From a bacterium (GTDB lineage: Bacteria > Methylomirabilota > Methylomirabilia > CAVQYV01), in the NCBI GenBank assembly GCA_043800755.1, contig JAZDMQ010000166.1, positions 1-24,993 of the forward strand: a stretch of DNA of 24,993 nt. The letters are read 5' to 3'. Positions 1 through 9,453 of the stretch are shown here, one piece after another. Each line of letters opens with the position of its first letter. The first letter of the stretch is position 1. Below the pieces are notes generated by a model, which did not search any database, was not told where the DNA came from, and was given only the letters and a program-made list of their open reading frames with translations. A program made the translations under genes and the position numbers.

Positions 1-1233
1 GGCTTGCTCCAAATACCATTTGGCTTTAGCAGATAAGATACCGTGGGATCGGGCCCCTCCCTTAATGACCAGAATAGGTGCTTGAAGGCGATCGAAATTG
101 ATAAATCCCTGCCCGTCACGGAGGGTGAAGCCAACTGTATATCTCCCTTCGCGCAACAACAAGGGAGGAACATATGCTCTGACTCGGAAATAGCCTCCTA
201 ACTGCTCAAAAACGTACCCATCTTCCATAGAGAAATTCCACCAGCAAATGCTACCACGCGGGTCCGTGATGGAAAATCCAAATAAGGGAGAGGCTATGGT
301 AATCGCCCACGAACCTTCCACTTGCAGGCAAAAAGGCTGCCCGCTTTGCACGAAGTCTACCGCTCGTCCCTCTTCGTCGGTCACCTTAATGGAGAAAATG
401 ACTGCATGGCCACTTGAGTGTCGCCTTTGAATGCTCGCGCCTTGTGAGGATATGTGAGAAGATGGTTGGAGCAAGCAGTCTTTCTCATACTCCGCAATCA
501 CGTCTTGCGCGGGCCCTGCAGCTTTGATCAGTCCATTGTTCAGATAAATAGCCTTCTCACATATGTACGGAAGCGATATCAGGTTGTGCGTTACATAAAG
601 CAATGTTCTTTCGCCTCGTCGCTCTCTGAAAAGACTCTGGCACTTGTTCTGAAAAGCAAAGTCGCCTACGGCCAAGACTTCGTCAACCAGCATAATATCT
701 GCATCAACATGAACTGCCACGCTAAACCCAAGTCTAGCCAACATCCCACTCGAATACTTTCGTACTGGTTCATCAAAATACTCCCCTAGCTCGCAGAACT
801 CCTGGATCTCAGGAAGGCTTGTCTCCACGGTGCGACGGGGCAGTCCCATTATCGCTCCCAATAGATATACATTTTCTCGCCCAGTAAGGTTGGGATGCAG
901 GCCAGCATTCAATTCGATCATGGGGAAAATCCGGCCACAGGTCTCGACTCTCCCTCGAGTAACTGGTGTCACTCCTGCGAGGACTTTTAGGAGCGTGGAC
1001 TTCCCTGCACCATTCCGACCTACAATACCCAACGCCTCGCCCCGGTTGAGTTCCAAATTGACGTCGCGCAGCGCCCAAGAGCCGTCATCGTCTGGATTGC
1101 GGATTGATGTTTGCGCATTCCCACCGCTCACCAGGGAATGCAGGCGCTGGCGTCCATGGCGGATGAATCGCGGCAGAGGAAGCCCGTAACGCTTCCACAA
1201 ACCCTCTATGCAAATGACCATATCGTCAGCCAT
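1..1233 (-). CDS. wzt: Polysaccharide ABC transporter ATP-binding protein Wzt with C-terminal extension (3' end beyond window)
   Basis: Not in ORF track (no stop in window). Manual translation from ATG at 1233: MADDMVICIEGLWKRY...WALRDVNLEL..GEALGIVGRNGAGKSTLL (Walker A), YSSGMLARLGF (signature), LVDEVLAVGD (Walker B). Follows wzm. Confidence 0.92.
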   Translation of the reverse strand, partial: MADDMVICIEGLWKRYGLPLPRFIRHGRQRLHSLVSGGNAQTSIRNPDDDGSWALRDVNLELNRGEALGIVGRNGAGKSTLLKVLAGVTPVTRGRVETCGRIFPMIELNAGLHPNLTGRENVYLLGAIMGLPRRTVETSLPEIQEFCELGEYFDEPVRKYSSGMLARLGFSVAVHVDADIMLVDEVLAVGDFAFQNKCQSLFRERRGERTLLYVTHNLISLPYICEKAIYLNNGLIKAAGPAQDVIAEYEKDCLLQPSSHISSQGASIQRRHSSGHAVIFSIKVTDEEGRAVDFVQSGQPFCLQVEGSWAITIASPLFGFSITDPRGSICWWNFSMEDGYVFEQLGGYFRVRAYVPPLLLREGRYTVGFTLRDGQGFINFDRLQAPILVIKGGARSHGILSAKAKWYLEQA

Positions 1234-1238
1234 TGGTC

Positions 1239-2096
1239 TTACACCTCATCGGCAAAATACTGAGAGATCCAGCGAAACAAGGGCCAGGTAATTGCGAGAG
1301 CCGCCAAAGTCATGAGAGCTGACCAGGCCAGTGGTTCCAGGGATGGAGACTGGGCGCGGAGCAAAACATTACGAAATCCTTCGATCAGACCCACCATCGG
1401 ATTCAGCATATACAGGTCCCGCCATTTCCCCGGCACCTGGCTCAGGGGATAGACGATCGGCGACAAGAAGAGCCAGAATTGCATCAGGAAGGGTGCGGCC
1501 ATCACCAGGTCCCGTTTGAAGGTTCCAAAGGCGGCGAGGAACATGCCCACGCCGAAGGCCAGTAGTGCCGTGAGAGCCACCAGGGCCGGAAGCCACAGTA
1601 GCGCCCAGCCAACTCGAATATGATAGTAAATCATCAGTCCGGCCAGCACCAAGCCCGACATGAGCAGGTCAAATAGGGCCGTCACGACGGCAGATAGCGG
1701 GAAGATCTCGCGGGGCAATGCGATTTTTTTGATGATGCTGGCGTTCATGATGACGCTGGGGGCGCTGGAGACCACCGCATTCGAGAAGAAAGTCCAGGGG
1801 ACCAATGCGGCGAAGGTAAAGATCGGATAGGGAATGCCCTCGCTGGAGAATCGGACCACTCCACGCAGCAAGGTGAAAATCACCATGTAGACCAAGGGTT
1901 GGATGAGCGCCCATGCCGGGCCGAGGATAGACTTGCGGTAGCGGGCCTTGACATCCCGGCTCCAAAGGGCCCACAGGAGGTTCAAGGAGCGCCCCAGGCG
2001 CGACGTTCCGGCAGGAGCGGCAGTCCCCCCTGCCGGACTCGGCATGTTCCTCGTCATGTTCCCCATCGGTGTAAGGCCTGGATCGTCAACTCGCAT
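1239..2096 (-). CDS. wzm: Polysaccharide ABC-2 transporter permease Wzm (true start may be 30-50 nt downstream)
   Basis: RDVKARYRKSILGPAWALIQPL, IIKKIALPREIFP, SPIVYP and LNPMVGLIEGFR motifs; multiple TM helices. Confidence 0.93.
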   Translation of the reverse strand: MRVDDPGLTPMGNMTRNMPSPAGGTAAPAGTSRLGRSLNLLWALWSRDVKARYRKSILGPAWALIQPLVYMVIFTLLRGVVRFSSEGIPYPIFTFAALVPWTFFSNAVVSSAPSVIMNASIIKKIALPREIFPLSAVVTALFDLLMSGLVLAGLMIYYHIRVGWALLWLPALVALTALLAFGVGMFLAAFGTFKRDLVMAAPFLMQFWLFLSPIVYPLSQVPGKWRDLYMLNPMVGLIEGFRNVLLRAQSPSLEPLAWSALMTLAALAITWPLFRWISQYFADEV

Positions 2097-2123
2097 CGTT
2101 TGAGAGGAAGGGCGAAAGGGTTT

Positions 2124-2750
2124 TCATAGCGATTCGAGCTTGAAGCCCAGCCCATGGTAGTGAGTCTGCAATTGCCTTCTGATCCGCTCTCTGGCCTCCA
2201 CCGAGGTGATGAGAACGGCATCTGGATTCCAATCCTGGAGCGTCCTGGGGCTGGAGATCGTATAATCGAAGAACTTCTTGTCCTGATTTGCGGGGTCGTC
2301 GTCCACGATGCCTTTCAGTTCCAGATTCGCCCCCTGGAGGCTCACATACGCAATCTCCATCTCGTCGCTGACCCCGTAGAAGACGATCCGCCTGACCCCG
2401 GATTTCTCCCACGCCAAAAACTTCCCTGCAATATCCTTCTTGGTTGCGGCATACTGGCGGATGGTATTGGATAGGAAGCGGTAAGCGAGCCTGGACTTCT
2501 CCGCAAATCCGTGAGGGGTGAGGTAGTAGGCAATGCGCCGCGGGGGAACCTTCTTGATCTTGATCCATCCCCTGCGGGCCATCTTCTTCAGGCAGGCATT
2601 GGTGACTCCCAGGGCGATGCCCAATTTGTGGGAGAGCTCCCGCTGGGAGATATTGGGATTCTGCTCCAATTCCTCCAAGAATTGCAGATCCCGGAGCGGC
2701 TCGGCCGGCTTGTAGAATTCGTTCAGGGGTTCATTCATTGAACTATCCAT
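2124..2750 (-). CDS. Winged-HTH (MarR-like, EPS-locus-associated) transcriptional regulator with C-terminal Rossmann-like domain
   Basis: NPNISQRELSHKLGIALGVTNACLKKM...YYLTPHGFAEKSRL is typical of EPS-associated MarR regulators; C-terminal IVFYGVSD..GIVDDD. Confidence 0.85.
   Translation of the reverse strand: MDSSMNEPLNEFYKPAEPLRDLQFLEELEQNPNISQRELSHKLGIALGVTNACLKKMARRGWIKIKKVPPRRIAYYLTPHGFAEKSRLAYRFLSNTIRQYAATKKDIAGKFLAWEKSGVRRIVFYGVSDEMEIAYVSLQGANLELKGIVDDDPANQDKKFFDYTISSPRTLQDWNPDAVLITSVEARERIRRQLQTHYHGLGFKLESL
2729..2743. promoter_or_regulatory. Second operator-like palindrome GTTCA-N5-TGAAC inside the 5' end of the regulator gene
   Basis: GTTCA ttcat TGAAC, same core and spacing as the site at 2782-2802. 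Confidence 0.6.
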
Positions 2751-2781
2751 AACTCATTGAGATAAAGTAAGTTACAGTATC

Positions 2782-2826
2782 ATTGTTCATTGCGTGAACA
2801 ATAATCAAGAAAAACACCTATGTCAA
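2782..2826 (-). promoter_or_regulatory. Sigma70 promoter TTGACA-N17-TATTGT overlapped by operator palindrome ATTGTTCA-N5-TGAACAAT
   Basis: -35 at 2826-2821, -10 at 2803-2798; perfect 8-bp-arm inverted repeat at 2782-2802. Confidence 0.75.
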
Positions 2827-2875
2827 GAATTTTTTTGGGTGGGGAAAAGGCAAATGAAGTAAAGAGAAGGAAAGG

Positions 2876-3949
2876 CTAAGTCATGAGGTCATTTATTCCT
2901 CGATTTAGAATACTCAAGATCTTATTGCTTGCGTCCCCCTTTCCAAAGATGGGTCTCCTTTCTCCTTGCGGCTGAAATCCTCGCACCGCCTGCTGAATCA
3001 ATTTCGGATCTGTGCCCACCAGGAGATTCCAGCCCGCCTCTACCGTCTCCACCCACTCCGTCTCTTTACGGAGGGTGAGGCAAGGCACGCCTAAAAGATA
3101 GGCCTCCTTTTGCATGCCCCCCGAATCGGTCAAAATCAGGCGGGCATTCTTCTCCAAAATCAGGTTGTCCAGATAGGAAAGGGGCTTCAGGATCCGCACA
3201 TGGGGCCTGGCCTTCAAGCCCAAGGCCCTCATGGCCCTGCGGGTGCGGGGATGGAGGGGGAAGATGATCAGCTCATCTAAAGAATTGATGGCCTCCAGGA
3301 TGGAGGAGAGGTTTTTTGGATCATCGGTATTGCCCGCCCGATGTAGGGTGGCCAGGAGATAGGACTTCGGCACCAGGCCCAGACTCTTCAGGATGTCAGA
3401 TCGCTTCTCGGCCAGGGGCAAGCCCTCCTGCAAGGCATCCACCATCACATCTCCCACCAGATGCACACCCTTCACAATTCCCTCTGTCCTGAGATTCTGT
3501 AGAGCGGTCGGCGTGGGACAGAAGAGGAGGCTGGAGAGGCGATCGGTGAGGACCCGGTTAATCTCCTCGGGCATCTTTGGATCGAAGCTCCGCAGGCCAG
3601 CCTCTACATGGGCCACCGGGGTATGCAATTTGGCTGCTGCCAGGGCTCCAGCCAGGGTAGAATTAGTATCTCCATAGACGAGCACCAGATCCGGCCTTTC
3701 CGCCAGAAGAACCTTTTCCACCCCCGTCAGCATCCGGGCCGTCTGGCGGCCGTGGCTACCTGAGCCCACCCCCAGGTGGTAATCAGGATCCGGCAGACCC
3801 AATTCCTCAAAGAAGACCTGGGAAAGTAAATAATCATAATGTTGGCCGGTGTGGAGGAGGATTTCCTGGTGGACTTTCCTCAACTTTCTGGAAAGGGGGG
3901 CAGCCTTGATGAATTGCGGTCGGGCTCCTACCACCGAGACGATACGCAT
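2876..3949 (-). CDS. wecB: Non-hydrolysing UDP-GlcNAc 2-epimerase family (WecB/WbpI-like)
   Basis: VVGARPQFIK, HTGQHYD, VYGDTNSTLAGA, HVEAGLRS, MPEEINR, TDSGGMQKEA. Confidence 0.95.
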   Translation of the reverse strand: MRIVSVVGARPQFIKAAPLSRKLRKVHQEILLHTGQHYDYLLSQVFFEELGLPDPDYHLGVGSGSHGRQTARMLTGVEKVLLAERPDLVLVYGDTNSTLAGALAAAKLHTPVAHVEAGLRSFDPKMPEEINRVLTDRLSSLLFCPTPTALQNLRTEGIVKGVHLVGDVMVDALQEGLPLAEKRSDILKSLGLVPKSYLLATLHRAGNTDDPKNLSSILEAINSLDELIIFPLHPRTRRAMRALGLKARPHVRILKPLSYLDNLILEKNARLILTDSGGMQKEAYLLGVPCLTLRKETEWVETVEAGWNLLVGTDPKLIQQAVRGFQPQGERRPIFGKGDASNKILSILNRGINDLMT

Positions 3950-3957
3950 CGTATCTC

Positions 3958-5094
3958 TTACCGCTCAAAAAAATTCCGGATGGTCTCGGCGACGAGGCCG
4001 ATCTGCTCAGGGGTGAGTTCCGGATAAATGGGTAGGGAGAGGATCTCCCGCGCCGCCTTCTCGCTCTGGGGCAAGTCCCCCTCCTGATAACCCAGGTGGG
4101 CGTAGGCCTTCTGCTGATGAAGAGGAACCGGATAATAGATCATGGTGGCGATCCCCCTCTCCCGCAGGTGGACCTGCAGGGCATCCCGCTGGGGCGCGCG
4201 GATGGTGAACTGATGATAGATGTGCCGGCCCTGGCCATCGTCAAGGGGGACCGCGACGGCCCCCCCTTGACGATCCCGGCGGTAAAGGTCAGCGATCCTT
4301 CGCCTCCCTGCGATCCAGGAGTCCAGGTATCTGAGCTTCACCCGGAGGATGGCCGCCTGGATCTCGTCCAGGCGACTATTGAAGCCGACCTCATCGTGAT
4401 AATACCGGGCTCGGCTCCCGTGGTGCCTCAGGATCCGCACCCGCTCTGCCAGATGGGCATCGCGGGTGGTGACCATCCCCCCGTCTCCATAACCACCCAG
4501 GTTCTTGGTGGGGAAGAAGCTGAAGCAACCCGCATCTCCGAAAGAGCCCACCCTCTGCCCCAGGTGCTCCGTCCCGATCGCCTGGGCACAGTCCTCGACA
4601 ACCTTCAGCCCGAAGGCAGAAGCGAGCTTCATCAAGGCTGTCATATCCGCGGATCGTCCGTAGAGATGAACCGGAAGGATGGCCTTGGGCTTTGCCTTGG
4701 GGACGGAGCGGACAACCTCCGATCTCCCCTTCAGGAAGTCCTCTACCTGGTTGGGGTCCAGGTTGAAGCTCTCCTGATCGATATCGAGAAAGATAGGAAT
4801 GGCCCCCAGGTAGGAGATGGCCTCCGCCGTGGCAATGAAGGTGAAAGGGGAGGTGATCACCCCATCTCCCTCCCCGATCCCGCATGCCCGAAGCGCCAGG
4901 TGGAGCGCATCGGTGCCCGAGGCCACCCCGACGGCGTGAGCGCATTGGCAATAGTCTGCCAGCTCCTGTTCCAAGGCCTGGACCTCGGGGCCCAGGATGA
5001 ATTGACCGCTTTGGATGACCTTGACCACCGCCTGATCAATCTCTTCCTTGATCGGCTGATACTGCGCTACGAGGTCGAGCATAGGCACCTTCAT
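3958..5094 (-). CDS. DegT/DnrJ/EryC1/StrS PLP aminotransferase (WbpE/WlbC-like)
   Basis: ASGTDAL, FTFIATAE, PVHLYG, EDCAQ, SFFPTKNLGGYGDGG, NSRLDEIQAA. Confidence 0.93.
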   Translation of the reverse strand: MKVPMLDLVAQYQPIKEEIDQAVVKVIQSGQFILGPEVQALEQELADYCQCAHAVGVASGTDALHLALRACGIGEGDGVITSPFTFIATAEAISYLGAIPIFLDIDQESFNLDPNQVEDFLKGRSEVVRSVPKAKPKAILPVHLYGRSADMTALMKLASAFGLKVVEDCAQAIGTEHLGQRVGSFGDAGCFSFFPTKNLGGYGDGGMVTTRDAHLAERVRILRHHGSRARYYHDEVGFNSRLDEIQAAILRVKLRYLDSWIAGRRRIADLYRRDRQGGAVAVPLDDGQGRHIYHQFTIRAPQRDALQVHLRERGIATMIYYPVPLHQQKAYAHLGYQEGDLPQSEKAAREILSLPIYPELTPEQIGLVAETIRNFFER

Positions 5095-5132
5095 TCCGTA
5101 TCTCCTTTAGCTGCGGGCGATGATCCTTGACT

Positions 5133-5927
5133 TCAGGGGGCGCCGGGCCTCCCCTTCTTTTGGAGCTTCGCCCAGACCTCCGGAAGGCAGTTCTTCAAGA
5201 GCTGCTCCGGCTTCGTCTTCCGTAAGAGGCGCGCGGGAACGCCGATCCAGGTTTCATAGGGGGGGATCTCTTTGGTCACCACCGAACCCGCCCCCACTAC
5301 GGCCTCCTCGCCCACGACCACCCCGGGCAGCAATACGGCGTTGGAGCCGATGCGGGCCCCCCGCTTGATGTGAGGACCCTTCATGTGCTGGAAGCGTTCC
5401 TCAGTCCGGCCCAGATAGTTGTCGTTGGACATGCAAACCATTGGGGCAATGAAGCACCGCTCCTCGATGATGGTGTAGGCAGTGACATAAGCCTCGGTCT
5501 CGATCTTGGTGTACTCCCCGACGCGGCACTGGTTCTCGATGGTTACTCCCCGCCCCACAATGACCCCCTCCTCCAGGATGACATCCTCCCGGATCGATGC
5601 CAAATCCGCCACGAAGACCTTGTCCGCGAGCCTGGCGCCCACATAGATAATGGAATGGGTGCCCACGAAGGCATCGTTTCCAATCTCCAGAGGGGGATAC
5701 TTCGAGGAGAGCTTGAGGATGCTAATCGGGGCCGATTTGGGGGCCTTCCCTAAGACGGCATGATCATCGACGCGCACCCGATCGCCGATCCGGGTATGGG
5801 GATGGACCACCACTCCGCTGCCGATCTGCCCGTCTCTTCCAATAATGACCCCCTCCCGGATGACGGCGAATTGGCCGATATGCGTCCCTTCCCCGATCTG
5901 TGCTGAAGGATGCACGAAGTGCTCCAT
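5133..5927 (-). CDS. Hexapeptide-repeat N-acyltransferase (WbpD/WlbB-like)
   Basis: Left-handed beta-helix repeats, FIAPMVCMSND, GAGSVVTKEIP..WIGVPAR. Confidence 0.85.
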   Translation of the reverse strand: MEHFVHPSAQIGEGTHIGQFAVIREGVIIGRDGQIGSGVVVHPHTRIGDRVRVDDHAVLGKAPKSAPISILKLSSKYPPLEIGNDAFVGTHSIIYVGARLADKVFVADLASIREDVILEEGVIVGRGVTIENQCRVGEYTKIETEAYVTAYTIIEERCFIAPMVCMSNDNYLGRTEERFQHMKGPHIKRGARIGSNAVLLPGVVVGEEAVVGAGSVVTKEIPPYETWIGVPARLLRKTKPEQLLKNCLPEVWAKLQKKGRPGAP

Positions 5928-5952
5928 GGGTTTTCTTCTCCTCCTTATGCCC

Positions 5953-6966
5953 TCATTTCCAATCGATGGGTGTTGGCCTTCCCTTCTCTTTCAGCGATCG
6001 TTCGGCGGCCTCAATGACCTCCAGCACCGCCAGCCCGTTTTCTCCATCGCTCAACGGTCTCTTCCCCCCTTCGATGCACTCAAGGAAATGCTGGCATTCG
6101 AGAAGAAGGGGCTCCCGCATCTCGATCCGGGGGATCTGGATGTCCCCGAAGCGCAGGCTGAGGAAGTCCGCGAAGCTGGAGAAATCGAAATGATGATCAA
6201 CCCCCTTGTCATAGATCCGTATCTTCTCCGAGGATTCCATGTCGTCGAAGACGGCCATCTTCTTTGAGCCCACCACGGTGAACTTCCTGATCTTATGGGG
6301 ATCGAGCCAGCTCACATGGCAGTGGGCCAGGGCCCCGTCGGGAAAACGGAGGGTGAGGAAGACCACATCCTCCACCTCCCGCTGGAGGTAGCCCTGGCCA
6401 ATCGCGCTGACCTCTACGGGGCGGGCATCGAGCAGGTACAAGATGACCGAGATGTCGTGGGGGGCAAAGCTGAGCAGGGCGTTTTCCTCTCGCCTTACTT
6501 GTCCCAAGTTAACCCGGGTGGAATAGATGTAATAGATCTGCCCCAGCTCTCCGACCTGAATGAGATCCTTCAGCCTTTTCACCGCCGGGTGATAGAGGAG
6601 GAGGTGGCCCACCATGAGGGTCTTTCCCTTTGCCTGGGCCAACTCGATGAGCTCTCGCGCCTCCTTTTTCTCCACGGCCAGGGGCTTCTCCACGAAGACA
6701 TGTTTCCCTGCCTCCAGGGCCGCTTTTACCATGGGGAAGTGCTGGGTTGCGGGGGTGGCGATGGCAATTGCATCTAACCCTTCATCTCCCAAGAGATCCT
6801 CGTAGTGAGAGGTGAGGGAAAGATGGGGATAGGCAGAAGCGACCTTCTTCAGCCTCCCTTCATCTTTTTCGCAGGCCCATTTCACCTCGCATCCCTTGAG
6901 GGTCCAAAAGGTGCGGAGGATATTGGGACCCCAATATCCCAGGCCGACACACCCCAGACGCATCAT
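5953..6966 (-). CDS. Gfo/Idh/MocA NAD-dependent oxidoreductase (WbpB/WlbA-like)
   Basis: VGLGYWG, IATPATQH, GKHVFVEKPLA, APHD motifs; sugar cluster context. Confidence 0.9.
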   Translation of the reverse strand: MMRLGCVGLGYWGPNILRTFWTLKGCEVKWACEKDEGRLKKVASAYPHLSLTSHYEDLLGDEGLDAIAIATPATQHFPMVKAALEAGKHVFVEKPLAVEKKEARELIELAQAKGKTLMVGHLLLYHPAVKRLKDLIQVGELGQIYYIYSTRVNLGQVRREENALLSFAPHDISVILYLLDARPVEVSAIGQGYLQREVEDVVFLTLRFPDGALAHCHVSWLDPHKIRKFTVVGSKKMAVFDDMESSEKIRIYDKGVDHHFDFSSFADFLSLRFGDIQIPRIEMREPLLLECQHFLECIEGGKRPLSDGENGLAVLEVIEAAERSLKEKGRPTPIDWK

Positions 6967-8492
6967 GATCTACCCCCGCCTTTCTCAAAAAAAGAGGCGA
7001 TGGCCTTGACCAAGGAGGGGATGGTGTACTCCCGGGGCTGGATCACTACCTTCAGGCCGTAGTCGCGGGCGGTGGCCGTTGTAATCGGGCCGATACAGGC
7101 GATGGCCGTATTCTCTCCCAGGGAATCGATTACCCCTCTGCCCATCCCCTCCATGAAATGATGGACCGTGGAGGAGCTGGCGAAAGTCACCACATCGATC
7201 TCCCCTCGTACCAGTCTCCCTCGGATCCGCCTGAAGTCCGTTGCCGCTTTTCCCGTCTGATAAGCCTCCACCACCTCTACCCTGGCCCCCCTTTGCCTCA
7301 GCCCTTTGGGCAGGAGGTCTCTGGCCTTTGCCGCCCGGGGAATCAAAATATGCTTGCCCTTCAGGGTTTCCCCCTGCAAGCCCTCCAGGAGGGCCTCTGC
7401 CCGAAACTCGGAGGGGACGAGATCCGGCTCCAGGCCATGTCCCCTCAACTCGGAAGCGGTGGCTGGCCCAATTGCCCCCAAGCGGATCCCCTTCAAGTCG
7501 CGAGAATCCTTGCCCATCGCCTCCAGGCGTTCCCAAAAAAAGCCCACCCCATGCACGCTGGTAAAGATTACCCAATCATACGTTTCGATCTGCCCTATGG
7601 CCTGATCCAGCTTCTGATAATCGGAGGCAGGCTGAATCTGGATCACGGGAAGCGGGATGGCCTCTGCCCCCTGGGCCTCCAGGAGTTCGATCAAGGTGCT
7701 GGCCTGCTCGCGCGCTCGGGTCACCACGATCCGTTTTCCGAAGAGGGGCTTGCACTCAAACCAGTTGAGGATCGGCCGCAGACGGACGACCTCTCCCACC
7801 ACCAGGATGACCGGAGGGGAAAAATGGGCCTCCTTGGCTCGCCGGGCAATATCCCTCAGGCTTCCGACGATCGTCTCTTGCTGGGGTAAGGTCCCCCAGC
7901 GTATGAGGGCCACCGGGGTCTTCGGGTCCCGGCCCTCCTGGATGAGCCTCTCGGCGATCGATCTGAGTTGGCCGTAGCCCATGAGAAAGACCAGGGTCCC
8001 TAGGCCGGTGGCGATCTTTTCCCAAGGGATTCGAGAGGATTCTCGGCTGGCGTCCTCATGCCCGGAAATGAAAGCTACGGTGGAGGTATAGCCGCGATGG
8101 GTAAGGGGGATGCCGGCATAGGCGGGTACCGCAATCGCCGAGCTGACCCCGGGGATGACCTCAAAAGGGATGCCGGCCTTGGTCAAATCCTCTGCCTCCT
8201 CTCCCCCGCGACCGAAGAGGAAGGGGTCCCCCCCTTTCAATCTCACTACCCGCATCCCCCTTCTTGCGCGGTCCGCGAGCAGGGCAGAGATCTCTTCCTG
8301 CTCCAGGGCATGCTGCCCCCCCTTTTTCCCCGCATAGATCAGCTCGACCCCCGGGGGGGCATATTGCAACAGCCGTTCGTTGACCAGGTGATCGTAGATG
8401 ACCACCTCGGCCCGCCTGAGACACTCCATACCCTTCAGGGTGAAGAGTCCGGGATCCCCCGGTCCGCCTCCTACCAAGGAGACGAATCCCAT
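6963..8492 (-). CDS. cobA: Bifunctional uroporphyrinogen-III C-methyltransferase / uroporphyrinogen-III synthase (CobA-HemD)
   Basis: LVGGGPGDPGL, VRLKGGDPFLFGRGGEE, then HemD domain PLFGKRIVVTRAREQ, FTSVHGV, TFASSSTV. Start reassigned to ATG 8492 (MGFVSLV) to avoid a long overlap with hemC. Confidence 0.93.
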   Translation of the reverse strand: MGFVSLVGGGPGDPGLFTLKGMECLRRAEVVIYDHLVNERLLQYAPPGVELIYAGKKGGQHALEQEEISALLADRARRGMRVVRLKGGDPFLFGRGGEEAEDLTKAGIPFEVIPGVSSAIAVPAYAGIPLTHRGYTSTVAFISGHEDASRESSRIPWEKIATGLGTLVFLMGYGQLRSIAERLIQEGRDPKTPVALIRWGTLPQQETIVGSLRDIARRAKEAHFSPPVILVVGEVVRLRPILNWFECKPLFGKRIVVTRAREQASTLIELLEAQGAEAIPLPVIQIQPASDYQKLDQAIGQIETYDWVIFTSVHGVGFFWERLEAMGKDSRDLKGIRLGAIGPATASELRGHGLEPDLVPSEFRAEALLEGLQGETLKGKHILIPRAAKARDLLPKGLRQRGARVEVVEAYQTGKAATDFRRIRGRLVRGEIDVVTFASSSTVHHFMEGMGRGVIDSLGENTAIACIGPITTATARDYGLKVVIQPREYTIPSLVKAIASFFEKGGGRS

Positions 8493-8505
8493 ATTGGCCT
8501 TTTCC

Positions 8506-9453
8506 TCAGCCTTCTTCTTTGCCTTTTCCAAAGCTCTCCCCTTGCAGGATATCCTTGGCCTGCGGCCAGAGGCGGTCCGCCAACTCATTCCCCAATGCCT
8601 CTGCCTCCTCAAGTGGGCCGGTGAGGTCTCCCCGGACCAGCCGGGTGCCGTCCGGGGTGGAGATCATCCCCCAGAGATGGAGGCAAGGTCCTTCGACCTG
8701 GCCGAGCGCGCCGATGGGGACCTGGCAACCTCCCCCCAATCCCCTCAGGAAGGCCCGTTCTGCCAGTACCGCGCAGGCGGCATCCTCGTCATTCAGGGCC
8801 CGGATTGCCTCCCTCAGTCCTTCGTCCTCCTCCCTCACCTCTACCCCCAGGGCGCCCTGGCCCGCAGCGGGCAAGCAGATCTCGGGTGGCAGATATTGGG
8901 TGATCAGGTCCGGAACCCCGAGCCGATGAAGGCCCGCGGCCGCAAGCATGATAGCATCGAATCCTTCGGAGGTCAATTTGCGGACCCGAGTCTCCAGGTT
9001 GCCTCGTAAGGGCTTGACCTGAAGATCGTGCCGGAAGTGCCTGAGCTGAGCTTGCCTCCGGGTGCTGCTGGTCCCAATCATTGCCCCAGGAGGAAGCCCC
9101 TCCAGGTCCTGACCTTCCCGCGAGAGCAGGCAGTCGCGGGGGTCTTCCCGCAGGGTGATGGCCCCCAGGCAGAGGCCGGCGGGAAGGTTAGTGGGGAGGT
9201 CCTTCATACTATGCACAGCCAAGTCGATCCGCCCTGAAAGCAAGGCCTCCTCGATCTCCTTGACGAAGAGGCCCTTGCCCCCAATCTGCGAAAAGGACGC
9301 ATCCCTGAAGTAATCGCCCCTCGTCCGGATGCGTATCAGAGAGATCTGCCAATCCGGGTGGCCCCTTTGCAGCATCTCTGCCACTTGCTCTGATTGCCGG
9401 AGGGCCAGAGGACTGCCCCGGCTGCCCATGCGAATTTCCCCTCTGTGGGGCAT
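8506..9453 (-). CDS. hemC: Hydroxymethylbilane synthase (porphobilinogen deaminase)
   Basis: GSRGSPLAL, GKGLFVKEIE, AVHSMKD, GTSSTRR, LRGN, GGGCQVPIG. Confidence 0.97.
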   Translation of the reverse strand: MPHRGEIRMGSRGSPLALRQSEQVAEMLQRGHPDWQISLIRIRTRGDYFRDASFSQIGGKGLFVKEIEEALLSGRIDLAVHSMKDLPTNLPAGLCLGAITLREDPRDCLLSREGQDLEGLPPGAMIGTSSTRRQAQLRHFRHDLQVKPLRGNLETRVRKLTSEGFDAIMLAAAGLHRLGVPDLITQYLPPEICLPAAGQGALGVEVREEDEGLREAIRALNDEDAACAVLAERAFLRGLGGGCQVPIGALGQVEGPCLHLWGMISTPDGTRLVRGDLTGPLEEAEALGNELADRLWPQAKDILQGESFGKGKEEG

